From the NCBI GenBank assembly GCA_000934665.2, contig JYFJ02003967.1, positions 1 through 35,923 of the forward strand: a stretch of 35,923 nt of DNA. The letters run 5' to 3'. The stretch comes from Catajapyx aquilonaris (lineage: Eukaryota). The notes below the pieces were generated by a model. The model worked only from the letters and a program-made list of their open reading frames with translations. It made no database searches and had not been told where the DNA came from. The translations under genes and the position numbers were made by a program. Below, piece after piece: positions 1 to 11,959 of this stretch (its first letter is position 1; every line of letters starts with the position of its first letter).

Positions 1-599
1 ATTTTTGTTAAAAATTGCTTTAAAGCGTGTTCAAACTCTCTTCTGACACTAAAATCGTGTTCAGCGACTTCGTATTGCTAGGAATGGACTCCTCAATCGT
101 CAATTTCCTGCGAAAAATACGGTACCTATTTTGTAACAATGGAGACCATTTTCATTATTGGCCGCCATATTGGTTTCAAACGTGTTAAAACTGTATTCTG
201 ACATTAGATTCGGGCTCAGAGACTTCATATTGATTGGAATCGACTCCTCAATCGTCAATTTACGGCGAAAAATGAAGATTTTGTAACAATGGAGGCCCTT
301 TTGATTGTTGGCCGCCATATTGGTTTCAAACGTGTTCAAGCGGTATTCTGACATTAGATTCGTGTTCAGCGACTTCGTATTGCTAGGAATTGACACCTCA
401 ATCGTCAATTTCCTGCGAAAAATACCGATTTTGTAACAATGGAGGCAAGTTTCATTATTGGCCGCCATCTTGAATCCTAATGGACGAAATCTTCGGCTCC
501 ACTTCCGGAATCATTTCTTATGGTCCTAGGAAGCACCATGCCAAGTGGCACACTTTCATCATCAAATGCCAGGTTTTTCCAGCTACCGCTTCCACTATA
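1..599. mobile_element. End of a probable non-autonomous transposon with internal tandem repeats (Helentron/HINE-like), inserted into exon 1 of zinc-finger copy 1
   Basis: The 150-bp array is followed by a unique tail ending CCACTAT|AA. Homology to zinc-finger copy 3 exon 1 (about 22145 onward) starts abruptly at about 601. The family call rests on general resemblance only. Confidence 0.4.
26..470. repeat. Tandem repeat, about 150-155 bp unit, about 3 copies
   Basis: The anchor CTCAATCGTCAATTT recurs at 92, 247 and 397. TTGGCCGCCAT(A/C)TTG also recurs in each unit. ORF 100..468 is simply the repeat translated. Confidence 0.92.
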
Positions 600-600
600 A

Positions 601-3600
601 GGGGGCTTGAGGGAAGAATGGGGAAGGTGGAGGGAATGCTGCAGGAGTTGTTCATCAGGGGAGGATGGCCACTGCGGGACGGAGGTTGGTTGTTGGAAGG
701 GGTGGTGCGCAGGGTTAATCATCATATTGCCAGTCTTTGACGGCCTGCCATTAGTTTCAGCTGAAGGGGCATGCGACAGTACTCCCTCTGCGAAGGAAGA
801 ATTACGGCCTGAAGACGACCCAACACTGGACGCATTGGTCCCGCAAGCAGCGGATGAAGATGACGTTGTACATGATGATGAACACAACAATCAGGTTGGT
901 TCCAGGAGGACACATTACGTTAAATATTATTCTGATGATATTACTGCGATATTAAATTATGCTATGTTATTCCTCTGTTTCAGGATGAAGGATTGGCAGG
1001 AGAATATCTGAACAGTTCTGCCGGACACAATAAGGAAGCCAACAGTCAGTTGCATGCGTCTTGCCTCAGATTCATTTGGATGTTTTAACAGTTTTATCAG
1101 GGAGCATATACTACATAAGAGGCGCAACCTTCTGTCGGCGCCTTTGATGTTCGCGTCTCTCTGTTTGGGGCGGTTGCCAAGGTTGGCGGCCATTTTGAAG
1201 TGTGGGCAACGCCAACGAGGTATAAATAGGGTACAAGCAAAAATAGGGTCCGCCATCTTTGATGGTTTTGGCGGCCATGGCAACTACACGGCAAGAACAT
1301 GCGCGAATCAAAGATGGCGGACCCTATTTTTGCCTGTACTCTATTTATACCTCGTTGGCGTTGCCCACACTTCAAGATGATTGCCAGCCTTGGCAACGCC
1401 CCAAACAGACGCGGAAATAGAATGTTTGCGCCTCTTATGTAGTATATGCTCCCTGATTTAATTTTGTGCACAGGTCTTGACTGCAGGACTGGTTGCTTTG
1501 ATGCTGATGATGCAGAAACACCTGCGGAGAGCATCATCATGCAGGCTCCAGAGGGCGTCTTTTCTGATGTGGCGACAATGCTCTCAAAACCAGTCATTGT
1601 GTACGGAGATGAAGTGGACGAGTACTTAGAGACTCAGGTAGCCCATCTGGCACTATTATTGCATGGTTTGTATGAGCCATAACTAATTTCATCATCTTGA
1701 AGTACAGGGTGTTTCCTGTAACTCTGTAAAGACTTGCAGGGGTAACAGAGGGGACCAGTACAAGTATTTTTGACATGGGAACCCGTGTCCTGAAACGCCA
1801 TCTAGACATTATAGTTCATAGACATGGAACGGGTGCGCTCAGACACATCACACGAGAGGCGCTAGGAAAGCGGACTGTTTTGTTGACAGATGGCGAGCAG
1901 TTGTTGCCAAGTTACGACATATCGCATCGTTGTAAGGAAACAAACGACGCTGTAAGCCATAACCTGGCAACAACAGAATCGTTGTTTACTATCCACGCTT
2001 CTCCTAGGGGACGGACTTTAGTTGCTAGATGGCTCTGCTGTTGCCAGGTTATGCCACATCGCTTCGGTGTTTACGACCCGAGCGCCATCTATCAACAAAA
2101 CAGTCTGCTCGCCTAGCGCCTCTCGCGTGACGCGTCTGAGCGCACCCTTTCCTTGTCTATGAACACGGACATGGGTTCCTATGTCAAAAATACTTGTCTT
2201 GGTCCCCTCTATTACCCCTGAAAGTCTTTACAGAGTTACAGGAAACACCCTGTATAATGAGGGAGGGTGGTGTAGGAATAATTTCAGTCGTCACTGTAAC
2301 CCTATTCAATGTTTGGAAAGGGTTAATCGATTTCAAATCGGAAACAAGATTTACACTCCGCTCACTCCAGTTGGAAACTTTAGATAGGTAAACAACAACT
2401 AGGGCCATTACTGGGGTCATTACCCGGGGTCAAAGTTCAAAAAAGTGTCGTTACTTAGACCAGGGTACAGCCTAAACGGTGCGTCGTAGAGGGTCATACC
2501 ATGTGTCATTAGAACCGCAATGTTCCCAGGAGGTGCCCTTCTGCCTTCCTTTTTTTAAGGAAAACCTTTACTTTTTGAGTTACGAGGCGATTTTGATAGT
2601 GTCAGTTTGGTGGCTCTCGCTCTCTTTCTGTACCACAGAAAAACCCATCATGACCCATGTGCTCGTCTGAGAGTCGATGCGGAGAAGCTCTTAATAATAA
2701 TTAAACTATCTTTACATTACTTTATTCTGATGATGATAAGAATTAAGTAAAATAGGCAGTAAAACTGCAGAAAACTATTCTTCCTCTGGGTGAGATTAAA
2801 AGTAAGAAACAAGTCCATAGGTGGGGGTTGGTTCGTGTCATGGGGATGTGTGATGATTAAATTTAATTCAAAACATTTGTGCTTTGGGGCTGGGAAGAAT
2901 TAGGCAGAGTATGAGGGTCGGAGTACATAACAGCGATATCTGCCTAATTCAACCCCCACCTATGGACTTGTTTCTTACTTTTAATCTCACCCAGAGGAAG
3001 AATAGTTTTCTGCAGTTTTACTGGCTATTTTTAATTCTCCGAGACATGCTTAACGTGATGCCACTCACTGCGGATGGTGAACTAATTCTCTGTCACATAA
3101 AATATCAGTCTCAATTTATGTCACTAGCCCTCATAATTGTGACGTGCATGTGACAGGGAGAAGAAATTTAATCAAATCTGGAATATTTCATTATTTAACA
3201 ACAGTCAGGATATTGACTTGATTGGTTCATTATCACTTCATTTTAGGTGCATCCTGTGCATAAGGACGAGACTGAGAAGGTTCCCATGCAGTTTGAGGTG
3301 TGCAGCAAGGAATTCTTCTCACAAAGAAAAGTGACGGAGTGTATAAAGTCTCATGAAAAGGCCACCGATGACAGTAAGGAGAGGACAAATGATCGACAAG
3401 GAGGAAAATCTGGCAAGGGGACAGGAAAGAAAAACGGAGAGGGGATAAAGCAAACTGGAAATCAAGCTGCGGTTGATGGAAAAAGGAAGAAAGGGATTGA
3501 CAGGACACTTGGAACTAATGGTGGCTTGTATCGGTGTGAATTATGTTCATATAAGGTTCGATATCTGTCTTGGATGACCAAGCATTTGCGAACTCACACT

Positions 3601-4092
3601 GGAGAGAAACCATACACTTGCAGTCATTGCAGTAAGAAATTCATGCAGAAGGCTGACATGAATGTTCACATCAATTCAGTTCACCTTGGCAAGAAGCCAC
3701 ATGAATGTGAATTTTGCTCTCGGAGATTTGCCAATTCCTTCGAGTTGAAATGTCACATGAGATCTATCCACTTGAAAGAAAAATCTTTCCCATGCGACGT
3801 GTGTGGTGAGGAATTTGCACATTCATATGATGTGCAGTGCCACAAGCGCAGATGGCACCAAAAAAGCGTGCCTTACTCATCACCTGGAAAGAAATTCCAA
3901 AGGTTTGCCGCAGGCTTTGACCATCCCGACGAAGAAGAGACACTGGAAGAAGAAGGACCAAGTGATTTGAAGGCTGTGGAGGACATTTCATCAGACGTGA
4001 GACCATCTCGACCAAAGACAACCATCGTTCATTTGGAAGAAGAGGACAAACACTTTGAGGCACAGGTAGGTGCGGCACAAAAGACAGGCTAG
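601..4092 (+). CDS. C2H2 zinc-finger gene copy 1, multi-exon; 5' end disrupted, 3' end fused to copy 2
   Basis: Phase-compatible GT-AG exons at about 601-894, 984-1044, 1474-1637 and from 3247. The last exon has 4 canonical fingers (CELC, CSHC, CEFC, CDVC) with a TGEKPY linker. Each exon has a homolog in copy 3. Confidence 0.75.
1098..1455. mobile_element. Foldback MITE with long terminal inverted repeats
   Basis: Ends are CAGGGAGCATATACTACATAAGAGGCGCAA ... TTGCGCCTCTTATGTAGTATATGCTCCCTG. The arms pair imperfectly over more than 130 bp. AT flanks both sides. It lies in an intron. Confidence 0.88.
1705..2252. mobile_element. Tc1/mariner-type MITE with TA target duplication
   Basis: TA|CAGGGTGTTTCCTGTAACTCTGTAAAGAC ... 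GTCTTTACAGAGTTACAGGAAACACCCTG|TA, with arms of about 85 bp (1705-1790, 2167-2252). Confidence 0.9.
1817..2161. mobile_element. Second MITE nested inside the mariner-type MITE
   Basis: CATAGACATGGAACGGGTGCGCTCAGAC ... GTCTGAGCGCACCCTTTCCTTGTCTATG, with imperfect arms of about 80 bp. No clear TSD. Confidence 0.82.
2739..3038. mobile_element. Foldback element with near-perfect inverted arms of about 80 bp
   Basis: CAGTAAAACTGCAGAAAACTATTCTTCCTCTGGGTGAGATTAAAAGTAAGAAACAAGTCCATAGGTGGGGGTTG (about 2757-2830) is reverse-complemented at about 2950-3023. Confidence 0.85.
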
Positions 4093-5462
4093 GGGAGAGG
4101 ATATGGTGTGGTTGCTGGCATATTGAGCTGTCACAAATTCAAAGATGAAGAGACAATTATTACTGTTTCATATTTGTCACAGCCAACACAATCAAATCTG
4201 CAATATGCTATTCTTTTACAACAATGTGACTTGAGTTGTAATTATTCTTCATAGCAGTAAAATAAGTTTGAATTTGATAAAATCCATCCATTTCATATTT
4301 CACCAGACAACTTATTTATTTGGTCCATTGACATAAAATGAATACAATTAAATCAATGCGTTGATGATTGGTGGTTAATTTTGTGCCTTTTTTTATTACA
4401 AAGGAGGGCTGGAAGGGAGGCATTTTGGACGATGAGGATCACAATGGAAGAGAGGATAACACGGAAGATTTCATGGGTGGAGAAGGAACTCTGCAAAAAG
4501 ACGTGAGTGGATTCATTTAGCCTTTCATTTGTCAAGGTTGTGTTGCAGGTTTGTCACATTTGTATCGGTTGTTTATTGGAGTAATTAGTATATTTAGAGA
4601 GAGCTAGTCATTACTTGTACAACTGAAGATTTCACTATCTGGACATTGATTTGTTAATTATCACTTCACTTAGGAGCATCCTGTGCAGAAGGACAAGTCT
4701 GCAAAGGTTCCTTCGCAGTGTGAGGTGTGCAGCAAGAAGTTCTTCTCGCAAAGGGAACTTAATGCATGTGTCAAGTCTCATGAGAAGGTTGCCAATGAGA
4801 GTGATGAGAAGGGAAGGAATCGAAGAATCAAGACTAATGGAGGGGGGAATTCAGGCAAGGGGGAGGAAAAGGAACGGCAAGAGGAGACGAAGCAATCAGG
4901 TGATGAAGTGGGGGTTGGTGGAGAGAGGATCAAAAAGATGCAAAAAGCACTTAGAACTAGTGGCAGGTACCAGTGTGAATTTTGTCCTCACAAGGTTCGA
5001 AAGTTGAGTCAGATGACCAGTCATTTGAGAACACACACTGGGGAGAAACCATACACTTGCAGTCATTGCAATAGGAAATTTACTCGGAAGAGCAACGTGA
5101 ATGTTCATATCAGTACAGTTCACTCTGGCAAGAAGCTACACACTTGTACGCATTGCAATAGGAAATTTGCTCGGAAGAGCAACGTGAATGCTCATATCAA
5201 ATCAGTTCACTTTGGCCAGAAGCCACATTAATGTAAATTTTGTTTCCGGAAATTTTCTGGTCACTTGAACCAACATGTAAATGTTGTTCACTTGAATTTG
5301 AAATTGCACTCATGTGATGTGTGTGGTGACAAATTTGCACATGCTCGTGATGTTCAGCGCACACAAGCGCACAGTGCACCAAAAGTGTGCACCTCATACT
5401 ATCAAATGTGGGAAGTAATTTGGCAGGAAGGACAGCCTAAGGGTGCACATGGCCCTCCATGA
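3914..5462 (+). pseudogene. C2H2 zinc-finger gene copy 2 (3' exons only; premature stop)
   Basis: Exons 3914-4065, 4404-4502 and from 4674, all phase-compatible. A TAA at 5229-5231 replaces the GAA of KPHE after 3 canonical fingers. The remaining fingers to about 5462 are frameshifted. Confidence 0.82.
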
Positions 5463-6459
5463 TATTAAAGATGTAATAATTATTGCAGGTTGAAGGGTTG
5501 TGTGTATCTATTCTTACAAGGTGCAAGATTATTCTTGTGCTGAAAATTCCCTTGACACATTTTTGCGTGATTATTATTGGAAGCACGTTTCTTTAATTTT
5601 GCAAGATCTCATAGCTGGTTCATTCCATTAATTTATTTTCTACTCCCGTTTAAAAATATGCAACACTGTCAGGAGCTGTAATGTTGCTTTTGATAGCATG
5701 AGGAAGATGAGCCAAGACCTGTTCCAATTAGGGAAATCCATGCACTCTTTGAGACTGACGCATAGCTGTATTTAGTCACAAGTTTTGTATCGCTTTTCTT
5801 AACGTAGGAAAAAATAAATTATGTCTGAAGATGCACATGTATGGAAAAGGAAGGGAACTTTGTGGGTACATCAGGTCAATGTGAAAATGTGCAGTGTGAT
5901 ACTTGAAAAGTACAACATATTAACCTTTATGGTCCAGGGCATTTCAAAGGTGCTGATTCAATAAGGTCGAAATTCCCTTGCCAAGCTAATTCCTTACATG
6001 CCTTGATGAGATAAGAAACTGGTTTTCGCAGCAAGCCATAAGGACCCTTTGTGAAACAAATGGCGCGAGTACCAATTGGACGTTCCTGGAGCGTAAAGGT
6101 TAAAGGTTGTTGTTGAGAAGGGAATTGTGGGTTGTGTCCACAGTAAAAAGTTGTGTAAGGAATACCATTACACATTACACATCAAAGTGCGAAACAGTCA
6201 GAAGCCGTGAAGCTGCAACAACGCGTGCTTCAGAATGACGAACTGTGGGGCAACACGGACGAGGTACGATGTGCAACCTCCAAGACATCACACAAACCTT
6301 TGGCTAAGGCATCATCGCAGCCCAACAAGAAGTTCAATCAGCGGTGGCAGTCTGGTTAAAACGGTTCCAAATACTCTCCATGGAACGGGTCGTCTGGAAT
6401 CCAGCAGTGCCTCTGGTATGGTGGGCAGAAGCATCAACTGTCAGCATGCCCTGATGGCC

Positions 6460-6585
6460 AGGCCACAAGACTGCCTCCCCTTCTGGCGGTATCGGCACGA
6501 TATTGACATCATGGAAGACCCTCTTGTGTATGGCACCCAGATAGTCATTCCAGTTAAACTGCGGAAGGAAGTACTGGAGATATAA
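6460..6585 (+). mobile_element. Ty3/Gypsy pol relic (region before the integrase zinc finger)
   Basis: PFWRYRHDIDIMEDPLVYGTQIVIPVKLRKEVLEI matches the typical YW..RDELS..DG.L..G.RIVIP..LR.EVL motif. Confidence 0.7.
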
Positions 6586-6814
6586 ATCAGAGCAACAAGA
6601 TCCAGCGCAAACTACGGTCGTTCAGACTGTTCTGGTGAACGGTTGAGGCTGTTCATGTGGGTGTGCAAACATCGCCTGGATGCTGCAGTCGGCGCAAGTC
6701 ATCGTTGAGATTGCTATGCGCAGGTAATAAAGGGACAGCTTCTCTCTTGCAGTGGAAGTGGGCACAGCAGTCAAGCCATGGCAACGGCCGTTATATTGTC
6801 ATGTACCCACAGTG

Positions 6815-7325
6815 CCATGGACAAACAAACAAACTGATGTTTCCTGTATTTCTACTCTTACCAGTATATGTGTAAGCCCAGGGTAATCATGTCAGATTAG
6901 CATATGGTTTCCACCACATCAACAGGTTGCCATGTCACACCTGGACGAACGAGCAAGCAGACTTTGCTGCTTTATAATGACAGAGATTGATGATTGGGGC
7001 AGGATGAACAGGACTGATGACTTGTACATGAAATTTTTTATTTCAAGCGTTTTAATTGTGGACACCATGGCAGAAGGGTGTCCTTGGAAAGCGTTGCCAT
7101 GATATCGGTTGCCATGGATTTACAAAAAGGAACTTTTCCTAACTTTTAAGCATGTACGCATGTAAGATTAGCATTGTCGATGTCGACACTCCATATCAAG
7201 GAGTTGCCATGGACAACTGTTGCCATGTCAAACTTGGAAAGAAGATCAAGCAAACTTTGCCTTTTATAATGACAGAAATTGATCATTGGGGCGGGGTAAA
7301 CCAGCAGGCTGACTTGTACGTTCAT
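6815..7325. repeat. Two diverged tandem copies (period about 292 bp) of a GTTGCCATG-rich module upstream of THAP copy 1
   Basis: TTATAATGACAGA occurs at about 6972 and 7264. Homologous modules lie at about 10540-10970 and 18945-19100. Confidence 0.75.
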
Positions 7326-7381
7326 AATTATTTTTCTTCGAGCTTTGAAGAATCTGAAGCCAGACTTGCAGTGTTCTAGAG

Positions 7382-7587
7382 ATGCCTTCGAGGACTTCTG
7401 CTGCGTCTCCTCGTGTCCCAACAACAGTCGGACTGGGACGAGGAGCAAGTCGATCAGCTTCTTCCCTATTCCGGAACATCATCAGATCAGGATAATATGG
7501 TTGATGCAGGCCGTACTCAAACCAAACCACTTCAAGGTGTGCTCCAGCCACTTCCATCACGACAATGTGGTCCAGCCGGTCATTTAG
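7382..7587 (+). pseudogene. THAP-domain gene copy 1
   Basis: CCVSSCPNNS...FFPIP...W...KVCSSHF is the C2CH THAP signature. The ATG-CCT start at 7382 is out of frame with the domain, and no AVPTIF box or 3' exons follow. Confidence 0.8.
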
Positions 7588-8210
7588 ATATGTCTATAAG
7601 TTTTCGACTTATAGGATTTAATATTTTTTCAAACTGTAACTGTATGTAGCTGAGCCGTGGCAACATATGGACACAAAAAGTTTCACGATTGTACCAGTAC
7701 ATCCGATTAGGCCATTATTGGGACGAAAAGGCCCGAAAGTGCAGGCCAGCTCAATAGGAGCTGCCAGTCTCTGCTGCAGTAAAATGTGAGAGAAGCGAGG
7801 GTTCTTCTATTTTCCTTTACAAGTTTATGTTATATCTCAACTACAGTTATTCGTAGGAACTGGACTGATAAGGCCCTAATTATCGAAGGATGCCCAAAAG
7901 GAATACCTCCAGAAGCCTTTTCCAGCTGCAGTGTGCGACATGTGCTCGTGAAACCAGTTGAAACAAGTGTCCTTGGAAAGGCTGATTAGGAGGAGGGAAG
8001 TACATTCTTCAGCAGCTGATGAGGGATGCGGATGCTTATACTCTCTTGCAAATCACACGGATGTCAGCTTGAAGCTGTTGAAAGGTATTGTAAGTCACCA
8101 TTTCCAGGAAGAATTCGCTCAATTTATTTTCCATCCTTTTATTCAAGTTGCAAGCTCATACATTGCGTGGGTCTTGCCAATTGCCCGCAGTCAAACTGGC
8201 AAATGGGGAA

Positions 8211-9431
8211 TTACTTTACAGTCAAGGCCACGTCAGGACGAGACCTTTTGAACTGAGCAATGGCCAGGCTCTTGTCGACATGATCACAATGTACTACTTT
8301 AACAGAGTTGAGGTTGAGGAGCACTTTGATCAAATCATGGAGGCCGTTGTGGGTGATTCTGGTGCATTCAACAAAGGCCAGCTTGGACAGTGAGGTGCAC
8401 CTCGCCCAATGGAGACGAGGCATGCGTCGTCAAAGTTGTCTGCAAATATCAGCTTCAATGATTCCAGCCCTCTAGTCATGTTGGGCCAGGTGAACAATTT
8501 AGTGGTGACCGACTGGTTCAGGAGGGATGGCCATGCAAGTGTCAGGTGGCTGAGGTTTTCGATGGTGCCAAGTCCATCAAGGGTCTGAGAAGCCCAGTGA
8601 GAAATATACGCAGAGATATTCAACCTGGGTAAATTGGGCCTGGGTCTGATACGGCTGCAGTGTATAAAACATCCCAAGTGTTAGCTTCTTGATTTGCGGG
8701 CCAGCAACTGAGGACAGCAGACGCAGTTCTTCTTCTTCATTACCTGAAGGACTGATGTAGACCTCGTTCAGGTTTGGCCAACTGTGCTGAAGAAATCCTG
8801 GACTGGCCCACCTTACATTTATTTTGCTGAGTGACAGGCGCAAACTGGTCAGCTGAGGAGCCACAGGCATGAGGTCCAGTACGTGAAGGCTGCCAGGTGT
8901 AAATCTGCAGCAGTCAATGGAGATGTGCTTCAGTTGCCTGCTGTACATCTGGAGAATCCCCTTGACCGTTTCTTCTCTCTTGATGCGGATCCACTTCAGC
9001 TGCAAAGACACCACGCCTGGAGCCACAGCATGAAGCACATCCATGATTCGATCATCTTCTGGTTCGACGAACTTCCAACTCTTCAACTCCAGCCTCTTGA
9101 CGTGCATCATCCGTCCCTCCAGCTGCCTCGCCAACTGCTGGGTTCTTCTGATTCTCCCACCTTCTGTAATGTCCTTGAAATTCCACCCATCCAGAGTGAC
9201 CTCCCTCCAGAGTTGCTGGTCGTAGGACATCCTCCTCCACTGCCTGCATACAGGTGCAGCCCTCTTCACAAGCTCACCCTTCGTCAGGTAGGAGAAGACC
9301 ATCAGCATGACCTCATCTGGAAGGAGAGGTCTGCCCTCCTCCGCCTGTGGAAGGATGGAAAAGGGGTAATGTTCCGCCTTGAACTAATCCCGATCCGTCC
9401 TCACCTGATGTTCCTCCTCTTCGTCTCCCAT
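8211..9431 (-). pseudogene. F-box/LRR gene copy 1, two frameshifts
   Basis: Exon 9431-9405, a 60-nt intron, then the main exon from 9344. F-box motif LPDEVMLMVFSYL...CRQWRR...LWREV. A deletion at about 8583 and a +2 shift at about 8402 relative to the paralogs. Confidence 0.9.
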
Positions 9432-10210
9432 CTGTCCCCCTCTTCCTTCAGGACGCCCGTTCACCTGGTCCGCTTGGTCCACATCCCCTCCCGAATCAAT
9501 CAGAAACTGAGCAAATAATGTCCTGGTTGCCCTGGTAAGCGGCCCAGTGGACTCCGGTCCACCCACGGTGATCCTCCACCGTGCTCTTGGCGTCCAGTTG
9601 TCGTCCTAGTACCCACTTTTTGACTTGGAAAGTCCTTCCTTGAGGACAAGCCTTGAAGTAATCCTTCGGGCCCTGCTGTTGAAATGAGAGTGATTATTAT
9701 TAGTGCACCGTCTGGTTGATTCGATTCCGCCTTACCTTCCCCGCAGAGTGTGAGTCTGCGAGTGTCCAAAGAATGGAACATCTGAGCACCAGGGCCATAG
9801 ATGAAAGCACAAAATGTCACATTCAAACAAATGTTATGCGAATAATTATTGCAACGCTGGTAAGTTGCGGCCTGTTTTTGAGATCTAGTGCAGGGGGTTA
9901 ATGCCAGTCACTCTGTATTTGCAGCCACATTGCCAAGAAGACCAAGAGGACTGCGTCGCCAGCAATCAAGTGCGGCTCTCAAGGTTGGGAAACCTGCCAT
10001 ACACTTGAAGGAGCCAGCTTATTAAATTGTGGCATACGCTACAGAACTCTCATTGCAAATGCTCGCTTTGGGTCAATTTTGCGTCAAACAAATCCTGCTC
10101 AATATCTTTAGTCCACTCTGTGCCTACTTCCGATGCAACCCAGTCAGCCCTTGTGAACATTACAAATTAAAAATTAAGTTAAATTAAGTTGCAAATTAAA
10201 TGCAACTCAA

Positions 10211-10357
10211 GGGGGTGGATTCATCAAATGTCATCAAGTCATATTTTCATTGTAACCATTGGTAACCCATAGTTACTAATGATAATTAACTGCCTATGTG
10301 ATAATGACCGGTTACGACAAAAAATTTGACTTGTGACATTTGCATGAATCCACACCC
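10211..10357. mobile_element. Short MITE
   Basis: GGGGGTGGATTCATCAAATGTCATCAAGTC ... GACTTGTGACATTTGCATGAATCCACACCC. A related left end, GGGGGTCGATTCATCAAATGTC, lies at about 10468. Confidence 0.72.
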
Positions 10358-11032
10358 TGGCCATCCAGATTTGCGCACTATTTGTCAACATATTCCGTGT
10401 CCTCTCCTCTGGCTAATCCGTTGTTGGGATTGCTTCGTTACATGTAACATAAGATCTTATGTCAGATGGGGGTCGATTCATCAAATGTCGTAAGTCGTCC
10501 ACCATGAAAATGCTTGAAAATTAATTAAAATAATGATTAATTTCAATCATTTTCATTGTGGACACAGTGGCAGCAGTTCTCGTGACATATCTGCTGTTGC
10601 CATGGACTAACTTACAAACTTGTCCATTGTTGGCCACAAGCATTGTTGGCAACCGTTGTCATGGACAAACAAACTTTTCCCAACTTTTACGTGAGGCTTA
10701 TGTAAGCATGTAAGAGTAGCACTGCCAATGCCATAATGGACACCTGTTGCCATGGACTCACGAGCAAACTGAATTTCTCCAAACTTCTATGGTGTGTTTA
10801 AGATTGATCGAAGCATGTCAGATTAGCTTTGTCACCACACCATATCAATGGGTTGCCATGGACAAACGTTGCCACGTCAAACCTGGCCCTAGCAGACTTT
10901 GCTGTTTTACAATGGCAAAGATCGATCGTTGGGGCAGGATGATAATAACTATTTTGACTTGTACGTTCATAGTTTATTTTTCTTCATGCTTTGAAGAATC
11001 TGCTGAAGACGGAGACTCGCAGTGTCAGAGAG

Positions 11033-11214
11033 ATGCCTCCCAACTCGGGGGACTTCTGCTGCGTCTCCTCGTGTCCCAACCACAGTCTGACTGGGACGAG
11101 GAGCAAGTCGATCAGCTTCTTCCCGTTTCTGCAGACGGACGCCTTCCCAGTCTGGTACCCATCGCATCTGGCCAAACGCAAGAGCTGGAAGCACCAGTAG
11201 AACCAAGAAGCTAA
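11033..11214 (+). pseudogene. THAP-domain gene copy 2, internally deleted
   Basis: MPPNSGDFCCVSSCPNHS...SISFFPF is joined directly to WYPSHLAK and the PRS-stop tail that ends copy 3 (15500-15560). Confidence 0.78.
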
Positions 11215-11218
11215 CTAG

Positions 11219-11334
11219 TGCAGTTGAACACATGTAACGTATACGTTACATGTGTTCAACTGCAATACTAGAGTGATGAAGATGAATTATTTTACTGCCA
11301 TATATATATGGCAGTAAAATAATTCATCTTCATC
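11219..11334. repeat. Two adjacent perfect palindromes (46 bp and 60 bp)
   Basis: TGCAGTTGAACACATGTAACGTA|TACGTTACATGTGTTCAACTGCA at 11219-11264. GATGAAGATGAATTATTTTACTGCCATATA|TATATGGCAGTAAAATAATTCATCTTCATC at 11275-11334. Confidence 0.97.
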
Positions 11335-11705
11335 TTCATCTTCATCATTGCGGGAGTCAATATGATGGCTCCAATGACTTGCGCAGTATGCAAGGGTGCT
11401 TTTTGATTCTCCGAGATGTCGGACTCGGAGAATCATAAGCAAGTAGTCATTTGATTCCAGATAAATATGATATTTTGGTTGGATTAATGACGCCCAAGGA
11501 TGTGACTGATTTTTTTGACAGGTCATTTAATTGCTAATTTAAACTGGAAGTAATGTCCATTTGCACTTGTGTAACCAGTGTTGCAAAACCATTAATTTTG
11601 TTGTAGGCTAGATCTGTTAGTTAAAAATTTGTCATCGCAAAAAACCAGTTACAATCTAACGTTGTTTGAAAAATTTATATTAAAAAGTTACCAAACTTTA
11701 CCGAA

Positions 11706-11870
11706 GCAGTGGTAGCGGAGGGGATATGGTATCCGACTGCTAATCGGGAGGTCCTGGGTTCGAATCTCGGTGTCAACGAAGCAAACGAAAGCAATTCGAC
11801 TTTGAGCAAGCCCGACAATTCGAAAGTCGTACGTGCAAAGCTGGCGTACAAGCAAATTAAATGTGACAAG
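11706..11870 (+). mobile_element. tRNA-derived SINE; 3' limit approximate
   Basis: A box TAGCGGAGGGG (11713), B box GGTTCGAATCT (11757), anticodon-like arm TCCGA-CTGCTAA-TCGGG. The acceptor stem does not pair. Confidence 0.72.
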
Positions 11871-11959
11871 CCGCAATGCACAAAAGATGGTGAACTCTCA
11901 CCAAAAATGACTGTTACGCTGCCTTCAGAGACAACCACCGTACACACAACACAACCGGA

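Noticed and set aside
26..470. Regular repeats as a CRISPR array, or ORF 100..468 as a gene
   Set aside because: Whole 150-bp units repeat with no unique spacers, the context is eukaryotic, and the ORF merely translates the repeat.
957..2420. Similar peptides encoded on both strands (e.g. MSKILVLVPS, LAAILKCGQRQRG)
   Set aside because: A consequence of MITE inverted repeats, not genes.
5927..6175. 82-aa minus-strand ORF
   Set aside because: No recognisable motif or splice context, and it lies next to decayed retroelement sequence.
11706..11777. Functional tRNA-Ser(GCT)
   Set aside because: No acceptor-stem pairing, no long variable arm and no oligo-T terminator; better explained as a SINE head.
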